Assembly (NCBI GenBank): GCA_951406725.2
Contig: OX597825.1
Location: 39,742,001 to 39,806,000, forward strand
Length of the DNA: 64,000 bases
Source of the DNA: Octopus vulgaris
Taxonomy: Eukaryota
Reading direction: 5' to 3'
Position 1 is the first letter of the stretch; every line of letters starts with the position of its first letter. Positions 1-15,736 of the stretch are shown piece after piece. The notes under the pieces were generated by a model, which worked only from the letters and a program-made list of their open reading frames with translations, was not told the DNA's origin and did no database searches. The position numbers were made by a program, and so were the translations under genes.

Positions 1-480
1 GAGAAAAATATCTGAGAAAGTGTGTTAGAAAAATGTACAGACTGTAGAACTTGGAACGAGACAGTGGCACAAATTGTGGAAGAATGCTCCAACTTGGCAC
101 AGGAAGAAAATAAGAAATGGATGCATGACAAGTTTGTAAATGTTATATACTGGAAACTCTGACAGAAATACAGAAACAAATAGTACAATCATCGAGTTGA
201 AAGTGGACTGGAGTCGGAGAAATGAAAGAACTTATTGGACTTTAATATTCAAAGAAATTAGAAAATAAGAGACCAGACATAACAATTATACATAAGGAAA
301 ATCGAAAATGCTTACTAATTGAACCATCATACCCGTTTGATTCCAAGATCGTAAAGTAAGAGGACGATAAAGAAAAAGGATATAATCCCTAAAAGTTTTG
401 CATTGGAAGAATTTGGAGCACGGAAACCATAAAGAGCGTGACTATAATAATTGATGCGTTAGAAATGATTGAATGAGATT
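1..480 (+). mobile_element. Heavily decayed 3' fragment of an RLE (R4/Dong-like) non-LTR retrotransposon
   Basis: Broken-frame remnants of the CCHC zinc knuckle (C..C...ETVAQIVEEC), HD and RPDI endonuclease motifs. Confidence 0.6.
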
Positions 481-499
481 AGAATAGTATGCCTGATAC

Positions 500-1190
500 A
501 GTTAGAAAACTATTATAAAATAACCACCATAGGTCTACAGAAAAACCTACTTTAGAAGCAAGGAACATTAATAAAAGATATAGCCACAAAACATGAACAA
601 AACAACAAAAAAGTTTTTATGGACGCTGACATATGTAAAAAAAAGTTATAGTACTTAACAACTATAAAGAATAAAAAGAAACAAAATCCAAACTAAAACT
701 TGAACAGTAATAGATAATGATAAAACGACGGCAAGAAAAGTACCTTCATTAAAGTAAACAGAGAAAAATAGACAAAACATAATCCCAACAACGGCTGAGA
801 ATTTCATGCCGCAAAGCAGAGACTGAAAGATGTTTTAATTGTCGCACCAGAAATTACCAAAAACACTCAATAAAAAGAAATAAAGTAACAGCAGAATTTG
901 TGGAGATAGAGAAGGAACAATAAATCATATTGTTTCTGGCTGCCCCGTCCTGTCTATAAAGGAAAGAAGTATATTGACATACACGAACAAGTTGGGACCT
1001 ATATAAACTGGATGCTATGCCAACACTCTGAAATAATTACTGAAAGAATGGAGGTATAAGCCCATGCCAAAAAAGGGCGCTGAAAATGAGAAAGCAAACA
1101 TAAATTGGGATATTTATGACACAATGATGAAATTGACCTCGAGAAATGTGGAAAGCTACTTTTATCAAAGAAAATCTGACAGAAACATAC
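500..1190 (+). mobile_element. Decayed Dong-like fragment, same family as 2900-4860
   Basis: DNA similarity to 3735-4430, e.g. gaaaactattataaaataaccaccatagg and caataaatcatatt..tctggctgccc. Confidence 0.65.
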
Positions 1191-1229
1191 AATGTTAATC
1201 TTCACGTGCAGAATATCATAAGGTAGTTC

Positions 1230-2899
<1,670 letters not shown>

Positions 2900-4855
2900 T
2901 AAAAAGGCGTTTGATAGCATCCCCCACACATGGATCCTCGAAACACTAGCCATTAACAAAGTAGCATCAACAATCATAAAATTCATAGAGCACTCTATGA
3001 ATAAATGGCAAACAGTCCTACACCTCCAAACAAAAGAGGGACTCATGAAAACCAAAGACATCCCCATTAGAAGAGGAATATTCCAGGGAGACACGCTCTC
3101 TCCACTCCTTTTCTGCTTGGCACTGTCACCTCTATCTGATATGCTAAACAGAACTGGATGCGGATATAAATGTTACGGCAAAACGATCAGCCACCTTTTA
3201 TATATGGATGACCTAAAACTATACGCTGCAAATGACAAACAGCTGGAAACACTATTAAAGACAGTTCATGGATTTACTAAAGAAATAGATATGAAATTTG
3301 GATTAGAAAAATGCGCCAAAGTAACCATGAAAAGAGAAAACTAGTTAAGAGTAACAACATCACACTAGATAAAACCAATGAAATAAAAGAATTTGACCAA
3401 AGCCAAACTTACAAATACTTAGGAATCCATGAACTAGATAAGACACAACACACACAAATGAAAGAGAAAATAAAAAAGGAATATTATAGACGAGTTAGAT
3501 CAATACTAAAAACAGAGCTCAATGCTAAAAACAAGATAATAGGTATCAACACTTTAGCTGTCCCAGTTATAAGTTACAGCTACAATATCCTTAACTGGAC
3601 ACGAAATGAACTGTCCAAAATATATAGGAAAACAAGAAAAATACTGACAGGATCTAGGATGCATCACCCAAAATCTGACATAGAAAGACTATATATACAA
3701 CGTATAGAAGGTGGTAGAGGCCTTATACAGCTGGAAAACTACTATAAAATAACCACCATAGGACTGCAAAGATACCTACTTCAGAAGGAAGGAAAACTGA
3801 TCCAGATAGCAGCAAAACACGAGCAAAACAAAAAACTGTTCTCAGTATTTAAGGAAGCTGACAAATACAAACAAGAAATCATACCACCTAATAAACACAA
3901 AGAAGAAGAAGAAGATGATAAAGAAACAACAAAAGCTATAAAACAAATGAAATCCAAACTAAAAATAGAACAGAAACGAGCCATGATAAAACGATGGCAA
4001 GAAAAGCCCCTTCATGGTAAATACTGCACTAAACTAAACGCAAAAGAAATAGACAAAGAAAAATCCCAGCAATGGTTGAGAAGCTCAGGACTCAAAGCAG
4101 AAACAGAGGGATTTTTAATTGCAGCAGAAGACCAAAGCCTCCCCACCAGAAATTACCAAAAACATGTAATGAAAAGAAATATTACAAGTAACTGCAGAAT
4201 ATGTGGAGATGGACAAGAAACAATAAATCATATTATCTCTAGCTGCCCAGTCCTGGCTAAGAAGGAATATATTCACAGACATGACTGAGTTGGAACCTAC
4301 ATACATTGGAAGCTATGCCAACATTATGGAATAACAACAGAAAAAAGATGGTATAGGCACACACCAGAAAAGGTCACAGAAAACGAGAAAGCAACCATAC
4401 TCTGGGATATGCCGATACACACAGATAGAGAAATTAAGGCCAACAGACCATATATAGTTGTCAGAGATCATGAAGAAAAAAAATGCTTTCTAATTGATGT
4501 ATCAATACCGGCAGATGACAACGTGTCTCTAAAAGAAATGGAGAAACTCTCAAAATACAAAGACCTGGAAATAGAGGTAACTAGAATGTGGAACCTGAAA
4601 ACAGAAACAATTCCTATCATAGTAGGTGCATTAGGCATGATAAAAAATATTCAGACAAATACATAACAAAAACACCAGGACTTACAAACACATATAACAT
4701 ACAGAAAATTGCACTACTAGGCACTGCACACATCCTACGCAGAACACTTTCCATACAATAACCATCAGAGCATCACAACAAATCACAGCACATACCCAAG
4801 GCACACAGAGCTGCGCTCGGTAGTGAAGTGAAAGCACGCTATAAAAATAAAACTA

Positions 4856-4860
<5 letters not shown>
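2900..4860 (+). mobile_element. 5'-truncated Dong/R4-clade non-LTR retrotransposon (family A): RT + CCHC + RLE, pseudogenised
   Basis: KKAFDS, RGIFQGDTLSP, LYMDD, CRIC..HIISSC, RHD, IDVSIP, KYKDL; frameshift ~3335, stop 4286-4288, frameshift ~4645; 3' end ACTACTGAA followed by (TAA)n. Confidence 0.95.
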
Positions 4861-4947
<87 letters not shown>

Positions 4948-4974
4948 TAATAATAATAATAATGAAAATAATAA

Positions 4975-6835
4975 TATTCAAGGTGACATGCTCTCTCCAC
5001 TTCTTTTCTGCTTGGCACTGTCACCTCTATCGGATATGCTAAACAGAACTGGATGCGGATATAAATGTTACGGCAAAACGATCAGCCACCTTTTATATAT
5101 GGATGGCCTATAACTATACGCCACAAATGACAAACAGCTGGAAACACTACTAAAGACAGTTCATGGATTTACCAAAGAAATAGATATGAAATTTGGATTG
5201 GAGAAATGCGCCAAAGTAAACCTGAAAAGAAGAAAACTAGTTAAGAGTAGCAACATTACACTAGATAAAACCAATGAAATAAAATAATTAGACCAAAGCC
5301 AAACTTACAAATACTTAGGAATCCATGAACTAGATAAGACACAACACACACAAATGAAAGAGAAAATAAAGAAAGAATATTACAGACGAGTTAGATCAAT
5401 ACTGAAAACAGAGCTCAATGCTAAAAACAAGATGATAGGTATCAACACTTTAGCCATACCAGCTATATGTTCAAGCTACAATATCCTTAACTGGACACTA
5501 AATGAACTGATCAAAATAGATAGGAAAACATGAAAAATAATGACAGGATCTAGGATGCATCACCCAAAATCTGACATAGAAAGACTATATATACAACGTA
5601 TAGAAAGTGGTAGAAGCCTCATACAGCTGGAAAACTATTACAAAATAACCACCATAAGAGTGCAGAAGGAAGGAAAACTGATACAAATAGCGGCAAAACA
5701 CGAGCAAAACGAAAAAAATGTTTTCAGTATTTAAGGAAGCTGACAAATACAAACAGGAAATGATACCACCTAACAAATATGAAAAAGAAGAAGAAGAAGA
5801 AGAAGAAGAAAAAGAAGAAGAAGAAGAAGAAGAAGAAGTAGAAGAAGAAGAAGAAGAAGAAGAAGAAGAAGAAGAAGAAGAAGAAGAAGAAGAAGATAAA
5901 TAAACAACAAAAGCTATAAAACAAATGAAATCCAAACTAAAAATAGAACAGTAACGACCCATGATAAAACGATGGCAAGAAAAGCCCCTTCATGGCAAAA
6001 ACTGGACTAAACTAAATGCAAACGAAATAGAGAAAGAAAAATCCCAGCAATGGTTAAAAAGCTCTGGGCTCAAAGCAGAGACAGAAGCATATTTAATTGC
6101 AGCACAAGACCAAAGCCTCCCCACCAGAAATTACCAAAAACATGTAATGAAAAGATATATAACAAGTAGCTGCAGAATATGTGGAGATGGACAAGAAACA
6201 ATAAATCATATTATCTCTGGCTGCCCAGTCCTGGCTACGAAAGAATATATTCACAGACACGACAGAGTTGGGACCTTTATACACTGGAAGCTATGCCAAC
6301 ATTATGAAATAACAACAGAAAAAAGATGGTATAGGCACACAACAGAAAACGTCACAGAAAACGAGAAAGCAACCATACTCTGGGATATGCCAATACACAC
6401 AGATAGAGAAATTAAGGCCAACAGACCAGATATAGTTGTCAGACATCATGAAGAAAAAAAATGTTTTCTAATTGACGTATAAATACCAGCAGATGACAAC
6501 GTTTCTCTAAAAGAAATGGAGAAACTCTCAAAATACAAAGACCTGGAAGTAGAGGTAACCAGAATGTGGAATCTAAAAACAGAAACAATTCCTATCATAA
6601 TAGGTGCATTAGGCATGATAAAAAAATATTCAGACAAACGCATAACAAAAAAAAACAGGACTTACAAACACATATAACATACAGAAAATTGCACTACTAG
6701 GCACTGCACACATCCTACGCAGAACACTTTCCATACAGTAACCATCAGAGCATCACAACAAATCACAGCACATACCCAAGGCACACAGAGCTGCGCTCGG
6801 TAGTGAACTGAAAGCACGATATAGAAAATATACTA

Positions 6836-6840
<5 letters not shown>
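4975..6840 (+). mobile_element. Second 5'-truncated Dong family A copy
   Basis: Highly similar to 3078-4860; starts at the IFQGD codons; CRICGD..HIISGC, RHD, RPDIV; same 3' UTR then (TAA)n; internal (GAA)n expansion. Confidence 0.95.
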
Positions 6841-6934
<94 letters not shown>

Positions 6935-6959
6935 TATTATTATAATAATACTAATAATG

Positions 6960-7011
<52 letters not shown>

Positions 7012-7407
7012 CAACAACAATAATAATAATAATAACAATAATAATAATAATAATAATTATTATAATAATGATAATGTTAATCATACCATCTAACAAATCA
7101 CTGATGGTGATGGAGATGATGGTGATGATGATAATAATGATAGTAATTGTGCTGATAATCTATCTATCTATTTACACACACACACACAGAGTTCAGCCAA
7201 CACAAGCCTCACCTCGGCTTTTTAGATGTTAACCAAATATGAACGTATTATTTGACATGTAAGGATTCTGGCGTTGAAGGCAACCAGCCAGCCAACCACC
7301 CAGCCAGCCAACGAGACAGACAGACACTACTGTGATGGTGATAATGATAAAAAAGCAAAAATAACAATAATAAGATACTGCTGTAACTACACATAAAACA
7401 ATATCAT

Positions 7408-7451
<44 letters not shown>

Positions 7452-7534
7452 GTGATGGTGATGATGATAATGATGATAGTAATAGTGGTGATAATGATAA
7501 TAGTAATAATAATGGTGATAATAATAACAATAAT

Positions 7535-10500
7535 AAGCCGACTACGGCTGCTATAATGGTACGATTATAATTGTAACGGCAATGATGGCCGTCTCCCCAC
7601 GAGCCTATCAAAGCTCAAAAATGATAACATTATCGTAGCACCAAAATGTTTTTGGAAACTAAAAGGAAAACTAAATCAGCATATCAAATTACTTGTCCTA
7701 TGGTTAATCAGGAAGCGCGTCCCCCAGGGAAGAGCCAACCACCACAGAAAGAAAAATGTAAGCGAAACAATTGGACCCGAGAAGAGTATAAAGTAGTAAT
7801 ATACGCTTATTACTATGCATTAGGTAGGCCATCTCAAGAGAGACACACCGCAAACACTTACAGTATATGGAGAACACGGAAACAAGACAGTAGGCCGTAT
7901 TTGGACGAGAACAAATTGGCAAATGTGAGGAAGGATATCCTTAGAAATAACAGACTCACAGACAGTGAAATAAGCGCGATCAAGCACGCAACGGAAAATG
8001 ACATAAATATAAGACACAAAGGAAATGAAGAATCAGATGAACAGTATGGTCCGCCACGATGCTTAATTGAAAGACTGCCATCTGACCAAAGTACGCAAAG
8101 GCCTGAAGATAGAAGAAATTATATTGTACATGTTAAAGATAGCCAGGAAAATGATAAAACAACAGTAACTGAAGATCTCGCATTTGCTGAAGAACACAGA
8201 GAGTCTATGGCAGAAATGAGGCAGAAAATCCTGAATACGCTTGAAGTTGTAAGACATACAAGTATGGATGATAGAGAACCACTTCATAAACTCTCAAATA
8301 CAAACCAAAATAAAAAACAAATCCAAATTGGCAACTATGTAACAAATGAAATAATACAAGAATTAAAACCTGACTTTAATGAGTTAAATGAAATAATTAA
8401 CGCTTCTGCTAGGGCAATTGAAACCAGCTGTATGCCTCCGAAAAAACAAAGAAAACCAAACCTGGGAAGAAATCAAACCTGGAGAAGTAAAATTGAAAAA
8501 GCGATTGAATTTATGAGAGGGGAAATATCAATATTAAATGAACTAATATGTGGAAATGATGTAAGATCCAGAAGAGGAAGAAAGATGAAGAGAAAATGTG
8601 GATCCTCACCAACAGAAGAACTGATATCAATAAAAGAAACGCTGAAACAAAAAGTCCAAGCAAAATGACAAAGAATACGAAGATTTGAGAAGAGAAACAA
8701 GTTTTACAAGCAAAATAAGCTGTTCACATCCAACGCCAAAAAATTCTACAGAGAAATAGGGAAGGAGAACGTAACCGTTAAAGACCCCCCTCCCATGGAA
8801 GACGTTCAAAATTTTGGAAAAGGATTTGGAGTGACAAGAAGACGTACAACATAAATGCAGACTGGATTATACAAACTGAAGGATCCTACCAAAATTTACA
8901 ACAACAACATGGGAAGACATCACAATAGCAGACCCAAGAAAGGCACTCACGAAGGCCCATAATTGGAAATCCCCCGGTAAAGATAAGTTGCCGAATTTCT
9001 GGCTCGCATCGCACCCATGCGCACACGGTAAGCTAGTTCAGCTGCGCAATGGAATTATGAGAGACCCAAAGAAAACACCTGAATGGTTAGCAAGTGGTAT
9101 TACTTACCTACTCCCAAAGAATAACGAAACCAACCTTCCAAAAAACTATCGGCCTATAACCTGTCTATCCACTACGTATAAAATCCTAACATCTATCCTG
9201 GCGGAGAAAATATGTGCATTCATGGAGAAGAACGATATTTTCCCCATTGAACAAAAAGGATGCCGCCGAGGTTCATACTGATGCAAAGATCAACTGCTAA
9301 TTAATCGTATGATCCTTGAGAACTGTCACAACAAGCGCAGAAATCTCAGCTCCGCATGGATTGACTATAAAAAGGCCTTCGACAGTATACCGCATCCATG
9401 GATCTTGAGATCGCTGGATATCTTCAAAATTTTACCTGTGATTTCAAGCTTCCTGAAGCACAATATGTCGTTGTGGATTACGAATCTCCAATTACACCAC
9501 TATAATAGAGTACTTGCCTCAGAAAATATAAACATTTACTGTGGAATTTTTCAAGGTGACTCACTTTCACCTTTAATATTCTGCATAGCCCTAATACCCC
9601 TTAAAAGTCAAGAGGGTATGGGTATAAAATTGCCAATAAAAAAATGCCATCTATTTTATATGGATGACTTAAAACTTTATGGTAAAGACAATAATGAACT
9701 TGAAGGCCTATTGCGCAATGTGAAAGCATTCAGTGATGACATCGGGATGGAGTTTGGACTTGAGAAGTGTGTCAAAGCCACTTTCCAGAAAGGGAAAGTG
9801 AAGACCACAAATTCAGTCGTGTTAGATGTTGACACAGTCATAAGAGAGCTTGAGCAAGAACAAACATACAAATATTTAGGGATAAATGAAGGCTCTGGTA
9901 TTCAGCATGCAAGCATGAAAGAGAAGATCAGGAAGGAATGTTATAGGAGAGTTCGTGCAGTCCTGAAATCTGAACTAAATGCACGTAACAAGGTGTTAGC
10001 TATAAATTCCTTAGCAGTTCCAGTTGTTACTTATAGCTACAATGTGTTGAACTGGAATATGAGTGAAGTAAAGAATATATATTGGAACATACGCAAGCTG
10101 CTGAGTTGTAATATGATGCACCACCCAAAGGCAGACGTAGATCGCCTTTACCTTCCCAGAGCCCAAGGAGGTCGAGGCCTGATCCAATTTGAACTAGCTT
10201 ACAAAACAACCACAATTGGACTGGCCAAATATCTTGATATAACGCATGTCTGGATGCTAAAACTCGTGGAAAATCACGAGAGACGAAAGAAGCTTCATTC
10301 TATCATAAAGGAAAGCAACAAATTTACTATTGATCTTGTGCAGGATACCCAAACTGAACCACCCGAGGGAAGTACGGCAACTATTGTTGCAAAAAAGTTG
10401 AAAATAATGGCAACGAAAAAAGCGCACGAGCAATTGGCTGATAGGTGGGAGGAGAAACCTCTGCACGGCAAATATGTGGCCGGCAGCAAACAAGCTGATG

Positions 10501-11372
10501 TTGACCAGAAGCAAACCCATCAGTGGCTACGGAGCTCATGGCTAAAAGCAGAGTGCGAAGGTTTCATCCTGGCTGCTCAAGATCAAAGCCTATTAACCCG
10601 GAACTACCAGGCCAATGTGATGAATATTGGAGCAGACCCAAAATGCCGATTCTGCAACGACTTCATTGAAACAGTGGACCACCTAATCTCTGGATGTAAA
10701 GTCTTAACACCAGTGGAGTATAAATTAAGACATGACAGATTTGGCCAATATCTCCACTGGCTAATAAGTCGACATTGCAATATCAAAACTGCCGACAAGT
10801 GGTATAATCACCACCCTGAGGCTGTAACTGAAGGAGAAAATGTAACCATTCTGTGGGACTTTCCAGTACATACAGACCGAACCATCAAGGCCAATATACC
10901 AGATATTGTTGTGAAAGACCAAAACAATAAAGTTTGCTAATTGATCGACATGAGCATCCCCTGTGATCATAATATCTCAGCGAAAGAGTTCGACAAGCTC
11001 AGAAAATATAAAGACCTACACATTGAAATTGAGAAAATGTGGCATCTCAAGGCGGTTACAATACCAGTGATCGTAGGAGCACTAGAAATGATCAAGAAGG
11101 AAACCGAAAATTATATGAGAATGATCTCTGGCTTACCATCCCTGCAAGAAGTTCAAAAGATTGTCTTAACTGGTACATCACACGTATTGAGAAGAGTATT
11201 GTCGATGTGAGAACTATTACTACCCATGTATTTTAATTTAACTTAAAAAAAAAATGATCGAACTATTGAGTTTCGTTTAATGGCCTACCGATGTATACTA
11301 TGAGTTTCTCTGCCCTAGGAGTCGGGAAGATACTCGGCGAGAAATGGAAGCTAATTTGAAAGAAGAAAAAAA
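7535..11372 (+). mobile_element. Near full-length Dong/R4-clade element (family B), disrupted single ORF ~7646-11210
   Basis: N-terminal WTREE..YY region, NYRPITCL, EQKGC, WIDYKKAFDS, GIFQGDSLSP, FYMDD, CRFC..HLISGC, RHD, PDIV, KYKDL; in-frame stops at 8666, 9279 and 10938; (TAA)n at the 3' end. Confidence 0.93.
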
Positions 11373-11380
11373 TAATAATG

Positions 11381-11446
<66 letters not shown>

Positions 11447-11798
11447 GTATCAATACCGGCAGATGACAACGTGTCTCTAAAAGAAATAGAGAAACTCTCA
11501 AAATACAAAGACCTGGAAATAGAGGTAACTAGAATGTGGAACCTGAAAACAGAAAGAATTCCTATCATAGTAGGTGATAAAAAAATATTCAGATAAATAC
11601 ATAACAAAAACACCAGGACTTACAAACACATATAACATACAGAAAATTGCACTACTAGGCACTGCACACATCCTACGGAGAACACTTTCCATACAATAAC
11701 CATCAGAGCATCACAACAAATCACAGCACATACTCAAGGCACACAGAGCTGCGCTCGGTAGTGAAGTGAAAGCACGCTATAAAAATAAAACTACTGAA
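11447..11798 (+). mobile_element. Short 3' fragment of Dong family A in (TAA)n
   Basis: Nearly identical to 4499-4860 (VSIPADDNVSLKE...KYKDL plus 3' UTR). Confidence 0.95.
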
Positions 11799-11851
11799 TG
11801 ATAATAATAAGAATAATAACAATAATAATTATAATAATAATAGTAATAAAA

Positions 11852-12378
11852 AACCCTGATGCAGTACCAGTTAGTGGCTCTCATATTTTCTCATCTTAAC
11901 AGATTTGAATGATATCATGTACGTTGTTTGTCTTGGTATAAGTGATCGGCTCCAATAAATTTTCAGCTCAATACCACATATTTGGTTGTCATTTGTTTGA
12001 CCCTAACCAGTTGATTATATCCCTTAGTAGCTGACGATATGTGCATCTATAATTACGAGCATCACAGCCATATGCTGAGAGTAATTGCTTTAAGTTTGGT
12101 TAATTCAACTCTGGAACCATTGGTGTTATGTTCAGTATCCTTAAATATTCGTGACCTTTTTAGCAGGATAGGCTATTGAACCTGAAGAAAATTAATGTGC
12201 CACGCCTGCAAAGTCTTGCGCTGTTAATCTTGATATAAAATCCCTATGTCCTGCACATATTGCTGTGATGCATTTGCCTGGCGTACCCTTATCAGCCGGG
12301 TAGCCTTGATATATATACTGCGCTTCATATATTTTACTCCAGGTTCAATTTTAAGGCATGCACTGGTCCCTCACACAA

Positions 12379-12380
<2 letters not shown>
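11852..12380 (+). mobile_element. ~530-bp non-coding interspersed element next to a TAA-type tract
   Basis: Reverse-complement similarity along its length to 39533-40062 (cctgatgcagtaccag..agtggct; gtacccttatcagccgggtag). Confidence 0.75.
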
Positions 12381-12424
<44 letters not shown>

Positions 12425-12524
12425 GCTACAACTACTACTACTACAACTACTACAACTGCTACTACCACTACTATTACTAATACTACTACTACTACTAATA
12501 ATAATAAAAATAATAATAAAAATA

Positions 12525-12735
12525 AAACTGGATCTCTTCCTGTCAGGTGTCCCAGATGAACCAACTTCCCCGCAGGAGGTGCAGATGAGGGCAGCTGCAT
12601 CGAAATCTCTCATGCACCAAATGGCAATTGCTAAAAAGCATTCGTGAAGTAAAATTATGTAGCAACACCAAATGGCGGTTCCCCAGCATGGCCACAGCTT
12701 GGGAGCTGGAGCTAGATAAACTAAAAGTAAATAAG
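12525..12735 (+). mobile_element. 3' end fragment of a LINE (CR1/L2-group-like ORF2 C-terminus plus tail)
   Basis: KLDLFLSGVPDEP...RAAASKSL motif followed by the ggcggttccccagcatggccacag tail. Confidence 0.6.
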
Positions 12736-12771
12736 ATAAAATAAATAATAATAATAATGATAATCATAATA

Positions 12772-12889
<118 letters not shown>

Positions 12890-13799
12890 AAATAATAATA
12901 ATAATAACAACAACAACAACAGCAATAATAATAATAATCAGAATTATGATACCATGTATCTCTTACGGTAAAAGAGATACCTGAAATAATTTATAGAAAG
13001 TAAAAACAAAATAAAAATACCATCACATCTTCTTAATCTTTTTATTCATAAATATCTTCAAAGCATATATCTAATCAATATATATATATATATAAAGTTA
13101 ATCCAAACAAGAAAACAAAAAAAAACAAAAAACACAGCAACGCGAGGACGTGGAACAAATGAACACTACAGCCACATTAAATGATATTTTAGTATGCGGG
13201 CCTATATGGATTGGACTTGCAATTTCAAGACAATCAGATAGAAACAATATTTGCCACGACGTGTCCTTGGGAAAAACGTTTCAAAGGCAAGTGCTGGCTT
13301 TACATTTTAATTTGAACTTGTGAATATTGGTCGTACAATATTTGAACCACATATTTCAACTATAGGAAACTCGTGTTATACGATTACATTACAGAACATA
13401 TCCACTAATATTCCCAATTAGTATGAAATGGTTTGATAAGAAATAGTACCACTTTATTCAGTTACATTTTCCTTGTTTTTCTAATTTTGTACCTATATAT
13501 TTTGTTTTGTTATCCTTATCACTAAATTAATTAATACCGTTTCAGATGAAGAATTAAACCTTCACTAGTTTCAGCATAATCATGTAAGTAATAGATATAT
13601 TCAGGGGAGTGTAGTAAATCATGGCAGATAAGACTTTTTGGTTTAATATACTTGCTACCATCATCCACTCTCCATTATGAATTTGAAGTAAGGGATGTCC
13701 TTCATGAGCGAAAGAAGCCATAACAAATATAGATTACATTTTATTTTTCAGGATATTCTTAAGGAGGCAAGGTATAAATAACGAGTAACTGTAACAGCA

Positions 13800-13807
13800 T
13801 ATGCAGT

Positions 13808-13842
<35 letters not shown>

Positions 13843-13992
13843 GATCAACAGTAGCAGTAGTAGTTGTGGTAGTAGCAGCAGTAACAGCAGCAGTAGTAGT
13901 GGTAGTAGTAGTAGAAGCAGTAGTAATAGTAGTGGCAGTAGTAGTAGCAGCAGCAGTAGTAGTGATAGTAGTAGTAGTATTAGTAGTAGTAT

Positions 13993-14028
<36 letters not shown>

Positions 14029-14139
14029 TGGTGGTAGTAGTAGTAGTAGTAGTGGTAGTAGTAGTAGTAGTAATAGTGGTGGTGGTAGTAGATTAGTAGC
14101 AGTGGCAGTAGTCGCAGCAGCAGCAACAGCAGCAACAGC

Positions 14140-14205
<66 letters not shown>

Positions 14206-14210
14206 TGTAG
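13800..14210. repeat. (GTA/GCA)n compound microsatellite
   Basis: Seen directly. Confidence 0.95.
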
Positions 14211-14454
14211 TACATAGAATTCTTGTTGAAATATTCTTGGAATAAACTGTTGTTTTTATGTTTTTAGCATTCGTGTATAGTAGACAGCGAGCAAACCTCT
14301 TCCCTTGTGTTCATAAATGTTAATGAGATTCCGACTGAATTTAATAATTAATTATGGTATAATAAAAAAACAGACTTTCTTTGCTATTCACTATGACATT
14401 CGAGACCAAAATTATTAGCAATTCTTCTGTGGAACCGTTATGGAGATTTGGCGA

Positions 14455-15736
14455 TCTGTATATATAAAAGGCAGAATGTGTGTGTGTGTACGTGAATGTA
14501 GTTTATGCACGTCCACAAACTAACACGTTTATCGCTCCAATTTTAGGAGGATATTCATCACCATCCTACCTGTGTTTTGTCAACTTATTTTTTCCCAAGA
14601 CACCCGCGGATAGCGGTAAAAATCTATTTTAACCATAACTTTTCCCAATTTTGAAGTTTGCTAACAAGTGTTAAGTCCCTTCTTTCAATAGTCAAGTGTG
14701 TGTGTGTGTGTGAGGGAGAGAGAGAAATTGTGTGTTGATATATATGTGTGTGTGTGAGAGAGAGGGAGATATTGTGTGATGATGTATGTGTGTGTGTGAA
14801 GGAGAGAGAGAAGTTTTGTGTTGATGTATGTGTGTGTGTATGTGTCAGGGAGAGAGAGTGTTTGACAGCGTCTAATACAAAAGTAAAGAAAAAGTATGTA
14901 TAAGGGACAGAGGGAGACAGTTTAACAAAAAAGCTAAAGACAAAGTGAGAGAGAGTGAGAGAGAGAGGGAGAGAATCAGTGACAGCATTCATCAAAAATA
15001 TAAATGTAAAATGTTTTGTTTTTTCTAAAACATGAGATGTATATAGTCTTCAGATTTAGGATGTTTTTGAAAGACACTATATTTCCTGATCAGATTATAT
15101 ATATACTTTCTCGCACAACAATTAAAATATATCTTAAATCATTTACTTATTTTGTATTGTTCAGGTTTCTTCCCCCTCTCACACACATATACATTTGAGC
15201 GCGAAAGAGTTTTGTTTTTATTTTACGCCGCCGAAAAAAGTATTATGTTGAGAATCCATTTATTTAACAGCAAAGAAACAAAGTGGTAGGTGAATTTCAC
15301 AATAGATATGGGTACAATTTCCAAGGCTTCCACCACACCACACCTCGTTTTTCGGACCATAAAATGGATTTTGTAGCATATTAGGAGGCCAGAGTGGTTG
15401 ATTCCACGCAAAAAATCCGATCTTTTTCTTAGTGAAAATCGTACGAGTGTTGATCTACAAATGTACCAACATTTTTTTTCATTCATTTCTGTTTATGAAC
15501 ATGTATGCGTAAAAAAAACATATATGCAATAGGTATACGTACGTACGTGTGTGTATGTGTGTGTGTGTTTTGCCCATATATTTATATGATTTATAATATA
15601 TATGTATATACACATAAAACAAAATTTCCGGATTTCGTCCAAACTTGACGTCGATGTTACTTAGGTTTGAAATAAAGAACTTGATTAGCTTAACAATCCT
15701 AACTGAATCCCGAGCAAAGTCGGGTTATACTACTAG
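14455..15736 (+). mobile_element. Putative non-autonomous Helitron
   Basis: 5' A|TCTGTATATATAAAAG; 3' subterminal hairpin CCCGAGCAAAGTCGGG then CTAG|T; simple-repeat interior. Confidence 0.55.

Noticed and set aside
7535-7625. HDV-like ribozyme at the 5' end of Dong family B (cgt-ctcccc-acg hairpin)
   Set aside because: A P3/L3-like piece is present, but P1.1, P4 and the catalytic J4/2 could not be assembled
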